Source: Octopus bimaculoides (lineage: Eukaryota). Taken from it: 64,000 nt of DNA. Positions 27,064 to 41,040 of this stretch are shown here, piece by piece. The DNA lies in contig NC_068981.1 of assembly GCF_001194135.2 (NCBI RefSeq), positions 56,563,180 through 56,627,179 on the forward strand, read 5' to 3'. The notes under the pieces are model-generated. The model saw only the letters and a program-made list of their open reading frames with translations, did no database searches and had not been told where the DNA came from. Each line of letters begins with the position of its first letter. The first letter of the stretch is position 1. The position numbers were made by a program, and so were the translations under genes.

Positions 27064-27150
27064 TGTATATGACGGGTCTTTTTCAGTTTCCGTCTATTAA
27101 GTTCACTCACAAGGTTTTGGTCGGCCCGAGGCTTTAATAGAAGACACTTG
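26690..27150 (-). mobile_element. Composite SINE with internal (TA)/(TACA)n microsatellite and assembly gap
   Basis: CORE-like CTTGGGCAAGTGTCTTCTA..GGGCCGACC at 27070-27150, then the microsatellite, then the tail ..GACTAGTGACTGAAACAAGTAAAAG at 26700. Confidence 0.75.
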
Positions 27151-27201
27151 CCCAAGTATTCACTGCCTGAAAGTTTATTTTAACTAATGATATATACAGG
27201 C

Positions 27202-27233
<32 letters not shown>

Positions 27234-27749
27234 GCGTCGCTGTTGATGTGGAAGTTGCCAATAGGAGACAGTATCCTTAGTCGTTGTCAATAAATATTTG
27301 CTTGAGAGGGCACATTGCGAGAACATGCGATCAAATCACACCGGAATGAGTAAACACATCATCAATATTTCCAAACGCCTAAAAATCAATATTTCAACGA
27401 TCCGTAGCTCAATGAAGAATAAATCCAAAGTCTACATAATGTAGCTTTTCTCTAGAATAGACCAGTCTAAACAAATATTTGTTGTTGATGATGTTGTTGT
27501 GTAATCGCAGAGCAACTGTACTGGATAGTGGTAATCGATTGAACACGATACACGGCCTACTGCCTTATAGTCTCACTTATTCTGTGTCTCCGCCTAGCTG
27601 AGATCTATACAAGCAACGATAACACGTATAGGCTGAAATGTTACTCTTTGGATATTCAGCAGTCTCTCCAGTCTGTCCAGTAAAGGTCTATGCTCGTAGA
27701 TTCTAGAGGTGGCTAGGGCAAGCGTGGGTCGAGAAAAGCCGACTCAGTC

Positions 27750-28330
27750 AGACAGCGATGATTTCTTTGGTCTTTTGCACTTAAAAACACTTTTATAGGC
27801 ATTTTAAGGCCCAACCCATACATTATTGTATCACACGTTTGTATATTTGCTGACGCATTTTTGCATCTCATGAATGTATCGTTTGATCAGTATTCTAGCT
27901 GTGCACACCCTTTGTCTTTCTTCTGGCAAGACTTAACTGCAATTTCGCTGATCGAGCAGTCGGATAAAGGCTTCCAATATAGTTCGAGTTTAAGCCAGTG
28001 ATCATTATCGACGAAACCAATTTACTAGGATCAGTAAATTGTAGTTCGGTTAAGATTATAATCAAGATTTAATATTTTAGTATTTCCCTAAATATAACGT
28101 GTTTTGTTGTCCAATTGCTGTCTTCTTATAGCTTTCATCATTTTTGCTGGAGTCTTTACTTGCACATGCTGAATGTCAAAGCTTTAATCGTGAACCAGCT
28201 CTGGGGACTGTTGTTTTTCGGGATATGAATAACAATAGACCTCACCTCTTATCTTTCATATCTGGAAATATTCGGCAAACATGTAATAACTTCCTTCCCC
28301 CGCGAAACAACGAATTATATGGCATATCCC
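27750..28330 (-). mobile_element. Very decayed Academ-type transposase C-terminal remnant
   Basis: Across frameshifts: GEVYCYSY..; ELQFTDPSK-GF (PxLPxPxxxGW-like); LYWKPLSDCSISEIAVKSCQKKDKGC..RCKNA..TC (Cys8-like). Confidence 0.4.
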
Positions 28331-31300
28331 AAAAGGTAAAGGTAAATCAATGTTTTTTTTTTTTTCTGCATACTTATGTTTTGTTGTTATTTGTGAAAGC
28401 TTCGTTCATTGTTGGGAGCAAACTGCATAGACTGCGTACAAGTATTACAGCAGTTTAAACAGAATACTTATTCATTTTGACGGATCCAAGTTATTTAAAC
28501 ACTCAACAGAGACAAAAATTTCAAATTATTTTGGTGATGGTATTTTCTCGAAGAAACGAGAGTTTCGGAATAAGAATATAATAGGGTTATTTTAGATAGT
28601 GATTGAAACTACAATAATTGTGTTCTTCACCCCTCACCCCAGAAGTACAGTAAATATCCCATTAGAATATGCAAATTATTGGGCACCAAAAGTATTACAA
28701 GATTGACTTATGTAATACAATGACGACGATTTAATAAAAAATATATTAAAACCTAAATTAATATAATACAATGATATAGTTCTAGCATTACCCGTGAAAA
28801 TTCCACAGTTATTTTGAAAACTTAAGATTGGTGGGAGTTTATAGAGAACCATGAAATGCCTTCCTTTTAAAGGAAGTATTTTTTCTGCAACAAATGAGCT
28901 TTTTACATGGTGTTAAATTCATATGTTTTGTAGTTGAAAGTGAAGTCTTAAGTAAGAACAACTTAGTAAGTTTTATTTCTTTGTTATACACTTGTTACTC
29001 TTCTACCTTGAGAGTTGTTATCTATTATTTATCACTTTATCTCAAGAAGTAATCGATATGGCTATGGAAAAAAAAAATCCCAGATATGATTTATCTATTG
29101 TACTACTCTGCTATAGTATGACTACTTGAGAAAGCTTTATCAAATTTTAATGAACTGTATTACATCCTAATTTTCAGATCTGAGAAAAGTTGATTTAGTT
29201 AAACTTGAACCAGTGGCGTCCTCGTTTGGACTCCTAGATACATTTCTGACTCCTTATTCCTTCTAGTCATGTTAAGCTAACTGAAAAAATTACGCAGAAC
29301 AAAACGAATATCAGTGATATTTCCGGACAGAACATCACCTTTCACCTTAGTGGTAAAGTCCACTGAGTCTTTGCTTTTTATTCCAGCTCATCTCGAACTA
29401 AGGGTACTTATATTAAATGTCACTTTTGCTATGAATATCGTTCCTTACTCCGGGGTATTACATATCTAGGATTACATGATCTAATGTGTCACTGATTTTT
29501 CAAAGCAATAGAGTATATATTTAAGGACGATTTGGCTATAATTTCTAGCAGATCTAACAACTACAATACAGCTCTTTCGTTTGTTCGAAGTCTCACCAGT
29601 TAAAGACAGAGGAAGATGTGTACATACCTCTACTTTCACGTGCTGATTCCTCTCTCGACACACTCCTTCTAATTAGTCCTTTCAAAATCAATTGGACACA
29701 AGATCAATTGCCTCAGTATGGACGTAAAGACGCTCCAGTATATTGTTCGAAAAGTCCACTTGGATGTGGCGGGAATTGAATGGAGCTGCAATACATCTAT
29801 TTATTGCAGTTTTGTGGAAAGGTAATGCTTTCTACTTAACCATAAAATCTCCTGTCAATTTAAGATTGTAGCAAACATTAGTGCTTGTATGTGGTCGTTC
29901 GACCAGCTAAAAATTGCAGCCCAACTCATTTAAATTACTCTCTTCGATCTGAAAGAAGAAAAGGATACCTTAGATAATATAATCCCTTATATTCTTAAAA
30001 AAGTAAGGAGGGCTATGATTAGAAAGTCTTTCATCATAGGCTAATATGGAGATAGATAATAACAACTACAACCAAATTATATAACTATGACTCGAAAATG
30101 ACCAAGCTGCAATGATGTGGAGAAGGTTTTTGTACCTTAAGAAATAATTGAAAATGAATTTAACAATTTCTACACATGATTTCCAATCAAGTCATTTGCT
30201 TGACAAGTACAACTCTGAAAAGAAAACATTGCCACCAGGAAAAAGACTTTTTATAAAATACATGATGACCATAACCACCTCAACTAACACACTAACAACA
30301 TCATTCTTAACATCACCAACACCGTTACAATTATCAAACGAAAATGCTCCTGACTGCTTAAATATTCGGAATAATTATTCCCACCTCAAATATTATCAAA
30401 GTCAGTCTCATTACAAACTTCACAACGATTATCGCTTCTAGTTATAATTTACTCAGCTGTCACCACAATCACCACCACCAACAACAGCAACGAACGAATA
30501 AAACCACCTGTACATAGTAATTCTATCTACTTAAAACTGTGGCCAAGTATTTCTTAAAACACACTCGAACCTATCAAAAATGGATCATATGTAAGACTAT
30601 AATAGACAATATATTATACAATTAGGTATACACAGTCTGAAGAAAAATTTTAACAGGATGGTAATGGCTGGAACACCTTGGCCGTATGTCGGTTCAATCA
30701 AACCAGTGCTGGTGCTAAAGAGCCGTAACAACAACAACAACATTATTTACAGCAGCACGTGAGCAATACCGCAGCAATAACAATAACATTGATGTCACAT
30801 AACCGAATCAGTTAGCTTACAATGTCTTTACCACGAGCATCAATCGTTCCCCGCAAATACCAATAACAGCAATATCGGCCACACGCTTCAAATTAACGTA
30901 AAAGTAACCGCTACCCATAACATCATTCAGAACACTCGATACCACTACATCACTATCAAAGCATTCATAATGAACAATGTGATCCACGTCAACGATAAAA
31001 ATCATGCAAAAGTTTGAGACAAGTCACATATGTGACATAATGCAAGATTTTTTTTCATAATGTTCAACAAAGTCTTTCTCCCCATGCCTTCATTATCGGA
31101 ATATCTCCACCTTGTCCTATTTGTAGCTAGATATCGATTGAGTTGAATATCTTTCGTGTGAGAGATATGTTTTCCCTACATTTATTATTAATATTTTCTC
31201 CCCATCCTACTCCATTCTATCGCTAGCCACCAGATGCCAAGCAGAAATTGTGAATAAATACCGGTTGGAGGCTTTTGTCTTCAAACATATATTTGTTTCG

Positions 31301-33503
31301 ATGCCGACTGTTTCAGCTTCCTCGAGCCTTTCCTTTGCTTTATTCTTTTTATTTATTTATTTATTTATTTATATTTTTATAGTTCTTGATTTTTTAAAAT
31401 AATTGTTCCTGTTCTCTGTTTTCCTGCTCTGACATTGCTATTAATATTGAAGGTGAAGTAATATGCAAGAGTACAAGTGTAGAATAAATTCTTAATAACG
31501 ATCTGTCACAACGATTTTAGTTGGGTTATTTAAATATGTTGGTTGGAAACAAAGTTGGGTGGAAGCAAAGATGATCTGTAAATTCTTATTGTGTTGGAAC
31601 ATCGCTGAATAATGTGTAACGTAGCGTGCGGGAGCCTTGGTAAAGTACTAAAGAGAACCTCTTGTATACGATAAGAATAGAAATAACCATAAAAAATGCA
31701 TCAGGACGTGAACATATTTAGATGTGTAAACATCTGACTAACTAATTCGAGTGACTGAGAATGATGAAATCAGTTTCAAATGGGTCTTTTACAATACATG
31801 TGTTGCTTGCTTAGTGTCCTGTTGGAAACAGGATAGAACAGAGATTGAATAACTTGTAACCAACTGCAGTCAGAACAAGTTTAACCCTTGAAATGTTATT
31901 AATTGAACATATGTAAATATGCTTTCTCTATAATTGTTAGACTTCCAAATTTCTTGAATTGTGCGAATTTACTGTCAGTTTCCAAGATTTTACTTACAGT
32001 ACAGGAATGATGATTCATTGTTGCTCTAACAAGCCAATGTCTTACAAACCAGTCACATTTCTGCTCAATTCTATTTCCAATCAAATTAAACAATCCAATT
32101 AAATCGTTCTGAGAGAACGAATGAGTTGGGACAGGGATCAAAACGTAAAAGAACAAACATGTAAAACTTCGCCATTGGGTACCTTCATTCGCTGCCCCAA
32201 AGAAAGGCAGAACAACCTTAGTAAAAATCAGCAATAACAGAAGCAAGACAAAAAAAAATTGATTCATATTGTGTCATGAGATTTCAAATAGTCGATAAAG
32301 AAAATAGAAACAACTCTCGTAGTTTACTGTTATTGTAGCAGATTGTGAATTAAGCAGAATATTATATGGTCAAATAGAAAGTTATATATTGTGACAAGTG
32401 TATATGAAAACATATAGTTGTGTATGATAAACTAGATTGCACGTAAACAGAACAAATAAGGTAAGAATTGTGAAATAGGTTAACCTCTCAAACATGAGTT
32501 ATACATTCCCAGCATCTGAACATAGCTTTAACACTAGAGTGACTACTGATAATTCTTCACATTTCCATAATGAGCTTCGTAGGGGATAGAAACAAAAATG
32601 AAAGCCTTAAGGAATTTTACATTTTAAGAACATTATAGAACATTATTGGATATAAGCAATTACTATTTCAAACGGTTTAAGCGACTTTCTAGGACCCGCT
32701 TGTCAATAATGTTTTTTCTGCATTGTGATAATTAAGGAGTTATTCTGGATGAAAGTAAAAATATGATTTCATATAGTCAATATTAGTATTTAGATAGAAT
32801 GTTGTATGTTATTAGTATAAAACTACTATGTCTAACGTTCATGAAAACCCTAAAGCAAATAGGGTTTCCTGTATGACGACGAGATTAGATGTTTTAGAAG
32901 GTAGTGAACTGTTAAATTATGGTTGATGGACGACCTTAAATAGTATATGGTATATAGTTTAATGTACTTCCACTCCTGACAACTTGCCGCTTTACCATAA
33001 GTAAACATTTTAAAGTACATGGTGATACTTAATTCCTACTAATCTGGCATTCGTACATCACCTTCATGTGACGGAGCACTTTTATTTCCGCTTGTAACTG
33101 GCCTCTTTGATGTAAGGTCACAGATTTATAAAGGTGGATAATGAGATTATTCGATATTAACTAGTGTAAATTGGCTTTAATTGAGAATTTGAACAAGTTT
33201 GTAAAGTCAAGTGAGTAATAGTTTGCAATATGCTCTGTAGTAGTCATGTATCTGATCCCTACTCACATACTAATTAAAGGTGTTTTAACTAATTCCAAAC
33301 TTTCATTCGAGGATCACTATAATATTTTAATACCTCACTTTTGCTGCTGTGTTTTGTACAAAAACTGTAGCAATGCTACATCACCACATTGTTTTCTGTT
33401 TTATCCATCCATCCATCCATCTGAGTTACAGGCATAATACAAAGTCCACTGTGCCATTTGGATGCCTTTAATAGAGTTCAATATGTTACAAGAATTAACA
33501 TAC

Positions 33504-33634
33504 TGCTTTGCAGACGTTTAGGCCTGGTATGAACTGCATGAATATTACCAGACTGGAAGAGCCTGAAAAGGTCATAAGCGACGCTTTTCTTGTCAGAATC
33601 GCCTATTAAAGTATGAAACTGGTAGCTGGCAGTA
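33504..33634 (-). CDS. Candidate internal exon of an unknown host gene
   Basis: Acceptor TTTTTCTTCAG and donor GTATGT. Only one open frame: TASYQFHTLIGDSDKKSVAYDLFRLFQSGNIHAVHTRPKRLQS. No homology recognised. Confidence 0.2.
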
Positions 33635-35113
33635 CTGAAGAAAAATCCTGAGAGTGATATACAAAGTGGTGGGGTGAGACTTAAATATATACTAAAATGC
33701 ACTTGATTAAACGCACTAAATACAAAGTCACCTGATATGCCCCAACATTCGAATGGTTATGAGACTTACTACCACCACTGCAGTGCCAAAACCGCAACAA
33801 CAATTACTTGAGCGATTTACGTTTACACATTGAGTACAAGTTGCAACTAAATAGTAATTTAAAATAATATTTTATTTTTATATTCATATCGAAATAGAAA
33901 TATCGATGAGTGTGACTGAAAGGTCTTGCTTTTATATTTATCATGACTATTCAATGAAACATTACTAGTTCGGAAATGTTCACTTCCACCAAGTTCGTCT
34001 ACTTTTAGTAATGGTTGCATGGAAGTACACAGAAACATTCATATTTAAACTTCCAAAAATGTCACGCCGACCTGGATTTCTGTTAGGTTCTGTTTTAAAG
34101 TTTGATTCCAGTCTAAAAGTAATATTCCTATCGGAGAAACATATGCAGAAATTTGATGTCTTAAATGTTATACATGAACTCATCTACGTGTATAAATATT
34201 ACATGAATATATAAAATATAACATGCCTATGCATATTAATGCATATATGTGCCTGGATGTTAATACACGAAAAGCCAACAAACAAAACAAAAGTACTGTG
34301 TGTATATATATACATATGTATATACAACTAGATGTTTACGTGCGAGCACTAGTGTAGGAAAGAATACATTTATGATTGTAATGAACAAAACTATTAGTTG
34401 TTCATATTTTGGCCTTCCTATGACTCTAGCGTTTATTACATTGGGTTTTCTGGTCCCTTATCATATTCCTCTTGAGACTATCTAGTTAATTGGTCATTCG
34501 TGAAATATCTCCATGAAGGTTTAATGGGCAAACGTGGCTGTATTCAGAAAAATGCCTATTGTGAATTATGAATATTGTTTTTCTCTCGATGAAATGCGAT
34601 TATGTCAAAGGAAACTACTGTAATCCGCAAGTTCCATAGTTAATATGCATATGTTGGAAATGTTTTATCCATGTCAGGGTTTGGCTGGTGCCAAGAGAAA
34701 AACCAATAAATTCAGCATGATGGTTGGTGTGTATTATAAAATAATTCAAAGGTGTTTGGTTTCTCTGTTGCCTATAAGCATATTTAAAATACACTGTTTT
34801 CCCAAGCTACCGTCTCATTTCGCTGTTAAGATCCAACCCAGTTCTGTTTTAAAACCATTTCCCTTTCTTTTATCATGCTGCTTGCATATTGTTTATATTT
34901 ATTGATGATTTGACAGCAATTATTCAAAGATGCATAATATATGTTTAGATCAACACCAGGATGGAATTGCTAAAGTTGTCTTAAAGCATGATGCTGCAGA
35001 TACAACTATAATAATAATAATAAAAAAACTCTTCTACTCTCTGTTTTTTTTTTTTGATAGATTAAATGTTAGTCATCTCATAAAGCTGAATCATTTCCTT
35101 ATAATCACATGGC

Positions 35114-35147
<34 letters not shown>

Positions 35148-35149
35148 AT

Positions 35150-35187
<38 letters not shown>

Positions 35188-37286
35188 ACACATATATATA
35201 TATATATATATACACTGAAAGAGAGTGGTAGGTTTATAGGTAAATAGATAGATAGATATCAGAGAGATAGACAGACAGATAAACATGTGCTTCCGAAGAA
35301 GCATCTTAACTCAGCGAAAACAAGATATTTTCCCTCTGAAATTGGTCAATAAATAATAAAAATAATCAGAAGTATATCAATGTCTATGTGAGAGGGTCAA
35401 TAGAACTAATACTAATACTAAAACACTCTTCAACTGCAGCGAGAGTCTTTTCATCAGTTAATCTTTCCAGATTTTATACAATGTAAGTATACGTGCATGT
35501 GTACGTGCGTGTGTATGCACGCACGTATTTGTGTATGTATGTATTTCTTTGATCCTAAGGTGAAAACAAAGCGAAGCTGTTTGTTGTGTGATATTACTTA
35601 TAGGTATGGCTTAAATCTATAGAACTTGAGCATTGTCTACTTCACCCTGATGTAAAGCATCATGAGAGATTACGAATATTAGGAAACACAGAGCAGGAAA
35701 ATCTTGCTGGAAGATTTAAATTGTCTTCTTTTCTTTTCTGCTGATGATGTGACCCTCAGTATTTATAATGATGTTAGAGATGAAAATTATGATGGCTATT
35801 TATTTGAGTGAAGACAAATATGTCGTAAATGTGGCTACGGTCTTTATAGTCAGTGTTGTATGATGAACAAAGACAGTCTTGTAACATTTGTCATAAAACA
35901 TTTGCTATAAGTAGATATTTAAGATACTTCTATGAAATATAATTTCTTGCCAACTAGTTTGATAAATACAAATGACGACTCAATATCTTAAATTTTTGTG
36001 ACTAAGATTATATATAAAAGTATTTCCAAGCAGAGCATATATATGTGTATTTTTGACGTCATATTTGCCGAAAATGGCGATTTTCTTCAGAGCAGACTGT
36101 TGGTCTCGCTCAGCTATTCGTCTGCGTTACTATAGGGACAAATGTCTCAGAGGAGTATGACCATAATGCTATGTTTTATTGAATGAACGAAATAACAAAA
36201 AAAAAAAAAAATGTCTGCTATGGCAAGCATATTATATAGATCTCTTTTTGGCAGCTGTATAAAACAAGCAAAATGATTGCAACTGTGTCTTCAATAAATG
36301 TACACACAATCACTTCGGCTATGCTCTTTATGTCGTCTATCGATTACATGCTGGAGTGGATTACATTTTAACAATTTTTGTATATCGTGACATGTACTGT
36401 ATAATTGAAGCTTCGTGCAACTAGACTGGCGTGGTTTCACTTGCGGAGTGAAATCGATTCACTTCGTTTGCCCTACAAATAGGAATGTTATGAACGTAAC
36501 AAAAAATATATATAGGACCGTGATCGTAAAGAAAGCATGAATGTTCAAACTGATCGTAAGCAAGCAGATATAAGCTTGTGATAATATGGCTGCATGGGTT
36601 TATTTATTAAAAACAGGCACTTCTTACGTCATAAAATAATTTGGAGGAATGACTCCTTGGCTAATAGTAAACGTTCAGCATTGTCGTAATGATAAATGGA
36701 ATTATTTCTACATGCTGGAATTATCCAGAAATATCAGAAATTTACCATTACTTTATTAGTGATTACTAAAATGGTTATAACACTGGACTAAAGGGAATGA
36801 TAATGAAATACAAATTGAGAAAAGTTGTAATTCATTATTCGCTGCTCCAGGATTTATACTTGGGTAAAATTGGAAAGCGAGGAGTAAAATTAAGTTATAA
36901 CCAACAAATAAATATGCAAAAATGAAAATATTTTTATAGAATCTGGACGGCTGCATCACTCCGTTTATTAAAAACAGATATATGATAATTCGTAAGTTTC
37001 AAAGGAAATATAAATTTTCCAGAAACTTAGATGTACTTACTTTAAAATCTTTTAAGGTTAAGCTATCCCCCAAATCATTTCATAACATAGTTCTTAACTT
37101 ACCCTCTGTTTTGCTCCGGCCCCCAACGACCATTGTTGTTTCCACTTCCTCTCAATGACTTTTCATCCATTCTTTTTCCTTAACATTGTCAATTTCTCTC
37201 TGATCTTCATCTCATTTCCTTCTCTATATGCATCACCATTTCTACTTGTATTTCTCTCATTTGTTTAACTTCTTTAAGTTGCTAAC

Positions 37287-37356
<70 letters not shown>

Positions 37357-38019
37357 ATACATAGTTATATTTTACTTCCTATATATAATATAATATAATA
37401 TAATATAATATAATATAATATAATATAATATACGCACCATTTTTATTCGCAATTTCGTCCAACAACAAGAATTCTCCAAACCATAACAATTCTCAAAATA
37501 TCCAATTAATTAAGAAATGTGATGTTTCGGATATAAAAAAGGACGAATTCACCTCAAACATCGGCTGGTTTGAAGGAAATATCAATTCGCATACTTTATT
37601 TCATTGTCAGTTTTATAAATATAATCCCTTCTATTTCCTCCATTATTATTCATATGAGGTTTTTCAGGCTTTCCTAATAGATCCCCTTCCCAAATCGTTT
37701 TTAACTGGCATTTTTCTTTCTTTATTGAAAAGATTTTAATTTTTTGAGATATCTTTATTGTGGCATTTTTGTTCGGCTATATTGTTTTAATCATTGTAAC
37801 TAAAAATGCACCCAACTAACCAGCAAAAATGCGTGGAAACCTAACAATTTATTATCAATGTATCAATATGTGTGTATGCATACACACATACACATGTTTA
37901 GTTATCTATCGATTGCTCATCTTACCAATCAATTAAAAAATCAATCCAAATAAACATCTATCTTATTTGGTTATATAGCTAAATATGAGAGTATATATAC
38001 TAGCATTTATGTTAGAATA

Positions 38020-38058
<39 letters not shown>

Positions 38059-39306
38059 GTATGTATGTATATATGTGTGTATGTATTTATGTATGTATGT
38101 ATGTATGTATGTATGTATGTATGTATGTATGTGCGTGTATGTTTGTCTATGTATGAATATGCACATATGCATATATTCATGATGGTTTTATATCTATAGG
38201 GTCTCGTTACGACTATCAGGAACAAAAATTCGATCGCAAGAACGATGAAAATAAATGGAGTATGATAAAAACAATTGGTAGCCGATAGAACACCTATTGT
38301 GGTGGAAATGTGTCGATGAGCATACTGTAGGTATGTCTGCAGTATTATTGCTCTACAAACGAATATTAGAGTGGTTAGTGCAACCTTTTTCTCGTAATCT
38401 CTCTTACTTCTATAATGTGATCTAAGTCTTACTTTCAATATACATTTTTTAATAAATTAATGAGAGCAGCGGTGACAATGCCATGGACATTGAATGTTCA
38501 AAAACAATGGGTTTGAGAACAGGCATCTGCCTTCACAGTCTTTGACTTTATAATCTTAAAGTGTGTTTGTAAATGCATGTGACTTCATAATTTTACTGGA
38601 GGACATGATAATCCTCAAGTGATATCATGCCGGAAAACAATAATTAAATTTATAAGTTGAATCTAAAATCTTATCCTATTTGATATTGAAGAAAAGAATT
38701 TGTTACCTTCTATTAAGAACTACTTGCAGCCATGAGGATTTAATTTTATCTGATTATTTTTTTGACAGAGACTCCGCAGTAAGTAGAGAGATAGCACATC
38801 TGTGCAAACAAATTGGCTTCAAACAGTTATGCAAAACTGTTCATGCTATGAATATTTGCGAACGCCTGAAGCTAATTGGAATTTTCTAGCCACTAGTTCT
38901 TCCCAACTGTAAGCTGTTCCGTGAAGGTCGCTTGGTTGTAAGATAAGTAATATTATAGAGTAAGATTTTATATCAGTGAAATATAGCAAAAGATCCTGAA
39001 TTGAAGATACCTGTTGTGGAATTCTTAGCAGATCTGCAATTTCAAAGTCGTTTTAGACAAATCCATGTTAAGATTTACCTTCATGCACTCAAGAAAATCT
39101 ATTGATTTGTATCCCGCAGTTAAAACGACAGAACATTCGTATTAACAATTTCAAATAATAGAAAACTATCTCATTCTGATCATTAAAGCTTAAAAACGCT
39201 GTACTTTTATTGCATTGTTTCATTTTCTTCGTAGTCAAGTACTGGATGGAAGGTTTGTCATACCTATTTGTATTTCTCCTGGGGGGAGAAAAGAGATACT
39301 AATAAT

Positions 39307-39354
<48 letters not shown>

Positions 39355-39419
39355 ATGTACGTATACACAGATAGTGCATGGTAACATGGAATCCAGTACA
39401 ACCTGAAACATAGTCGGAT

Positions 39420-40400
39420 TGTTAGTGATTAAAGCGGCACTCCCACCACGCTACTTTGGTTTGGAAGGTTGTTAGAAACCCAGCAGGATTAAAAGCAAAA
39501 CCTAGCGCAGCCTCAAAGGCTATCTAGCAATAGCACGGGTACGCAGAAATTCTGGGATGTTGCTCGTAATGTTCAGGCTGCTGCTGATGAAAATGACAGC
39601 AAGAAGCTTTACCGTCTTATGAAGCAAGTGTATGGGCCTAAGAGCTCTGCATCAGCTCTTTTGCTTTCCAAAGAGTTTTCTACTCTATTTACTAAAATAG
39701 AGAAATCACAGGTAGCTGGATTGAAAACTTCTCTAAACCCCTAAACCATAAGTCAGTTGTGCATGAAACAGTGATTGGTACTATGCAACAAAGACCTATC
39801 ACTGGCTCCTTAAATTCCACGCCCCGAATAGATGAGGTAATGAGAGCAATAAGTAAATTGAATCTTGGTAGGGAACCGGGAAGGGATGGAATTTGTGCTG
39901 AGGTCTTGTGATTTGGTGGCGATTACATCACACAATCCCTTCATGAACTTATTAGTGTAGTCTAGAGGGATGGTGTAATGCCTAAAAACTGGAAAGAATC
40001 AATTATTCTTCCTCTCTATAAAGTAAAAGGAGCCAGAATGATGGGTGCTAACTACAGAAGTATTGCTCTACTATCAGCTACTGGCAAGGTTCTGGCAAAT
40101 ACTCTTCTTACCTGCCTGAATGTGTGTCTCGTAAATGATGTCCTATCTGAATCTCAATGTGACTTCCAATCTGGTAGAGGGACAATGGTTATGATTTTTA
40201 TAGCAAGACAGATGCAAAAGTGCTATGAGCAGAATATGGACCTTGCCCATTGGTTTAACCAAGACTTTTGATATTGTGAATAGGGCCTTACTATGCACAA
40301 TACTTGGCAAATTTGGATGTCCGGATCATTTTGTATCTATTAAGAAATCATTTCATGATGAGATGGAGTCTTGAGTCAATGTTGGTGGTGGCATGGCGGG
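39420..40400 (+). mobile_element. RTE (BovB-like) LINE fragment, RT N-terminal half, decayed
   Basis: KLYRLMKQVYGPK; PGRDGICAEVL; PKNWKESIILPLYKVKG..NYRSIALLSATGKVLA..SESQCDFQSGRGT..MIFIARQMQKCYEQN..; GKFGCP..F..I.KSFH. Confidence 0.9.
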
Positions 40401-40409
40401 ACCCATTCT

Positions 40410-40480
40410 TGTAGCAACTGGTACTTAATTTATCGTCCTCAAAAGGATAAAAAGCAAAGTTGACCTCACCGCCTTTCGAA
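40410..40480 (-). mobile_element. Deu/Nin-like SINE fragment
   Basis: AACTGGTACTTAATTTATCGTCCTCAAAAGGATAAAAGCAAAGTTGACCTC. Confidence 0.75.
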
Positions 40481-40535
40481 CACAAATATTGTTCCATAAA
40501 GGTGCATAATGGAACAATTGTCACTCTCTATAATA

Positions 40536-40579
<44 letters not shown>

Positions 40580-40684
40580 NNNNNNNNNNNNNNNNNNNNN
40601 NNNNNNNNNNNNNNNNNNNNNNNNNNNNNNNNNNNNNNNNNNNNNNNNNNNNNNNNNNNNNNNNNNNNNNNNNNNNNNNNNNNN

Positions 40685-40715
<31 letters not shown>

Positions 40716-40719
40716 AAGA

Positions 40720-41007
40720 AAATTAAAAAAAAGGAAAATACACACACTTTACATAGTTTTAATATAATTTTTATTATATCGACCGGTTTCGCTTTCGCTA
40801 TTCATGATATTATGGTTTACTTATTTGAATATGTATTTTCTTAAGAAGAAATTCTTGTCCATGTTGTGTGTGATGATATTTACGAGTGAATGGCTTCATA
40901 AGTAAAAGAATAGGGGGAGGTAATTGGTAATAGTTATTATTGTTGTTGTTGTGGGCAAAGGATATAACTGTTCAGCTTTCGGTTAGAAGAGGGGAATATA
41001 TATGTGT

Positions 41008-41040
<33 letters not shown>

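Noticed and set aside
27330-27440. Tc1/pogo helix-turn-helix remnant (ISKRLKINISTIRS)
   Set aside because: Too short, with no TIR or catalytic motif nearby.
31899-32267. 122-aa minus-strand ORF with a hydrophobic start
   Set aside because: The hydrophobic start is a T-rich tract, there is no recognisable domain, and the splice phase is incompatible with the 33.5 kb candidate.
36052-36150. TGACGTCA plus AAAATGGCG as a promoter and start codon
   Set aside because: The ORF ends after 28 codons. These short motifs are common, and the second also occurs in the transposon TIRs here.
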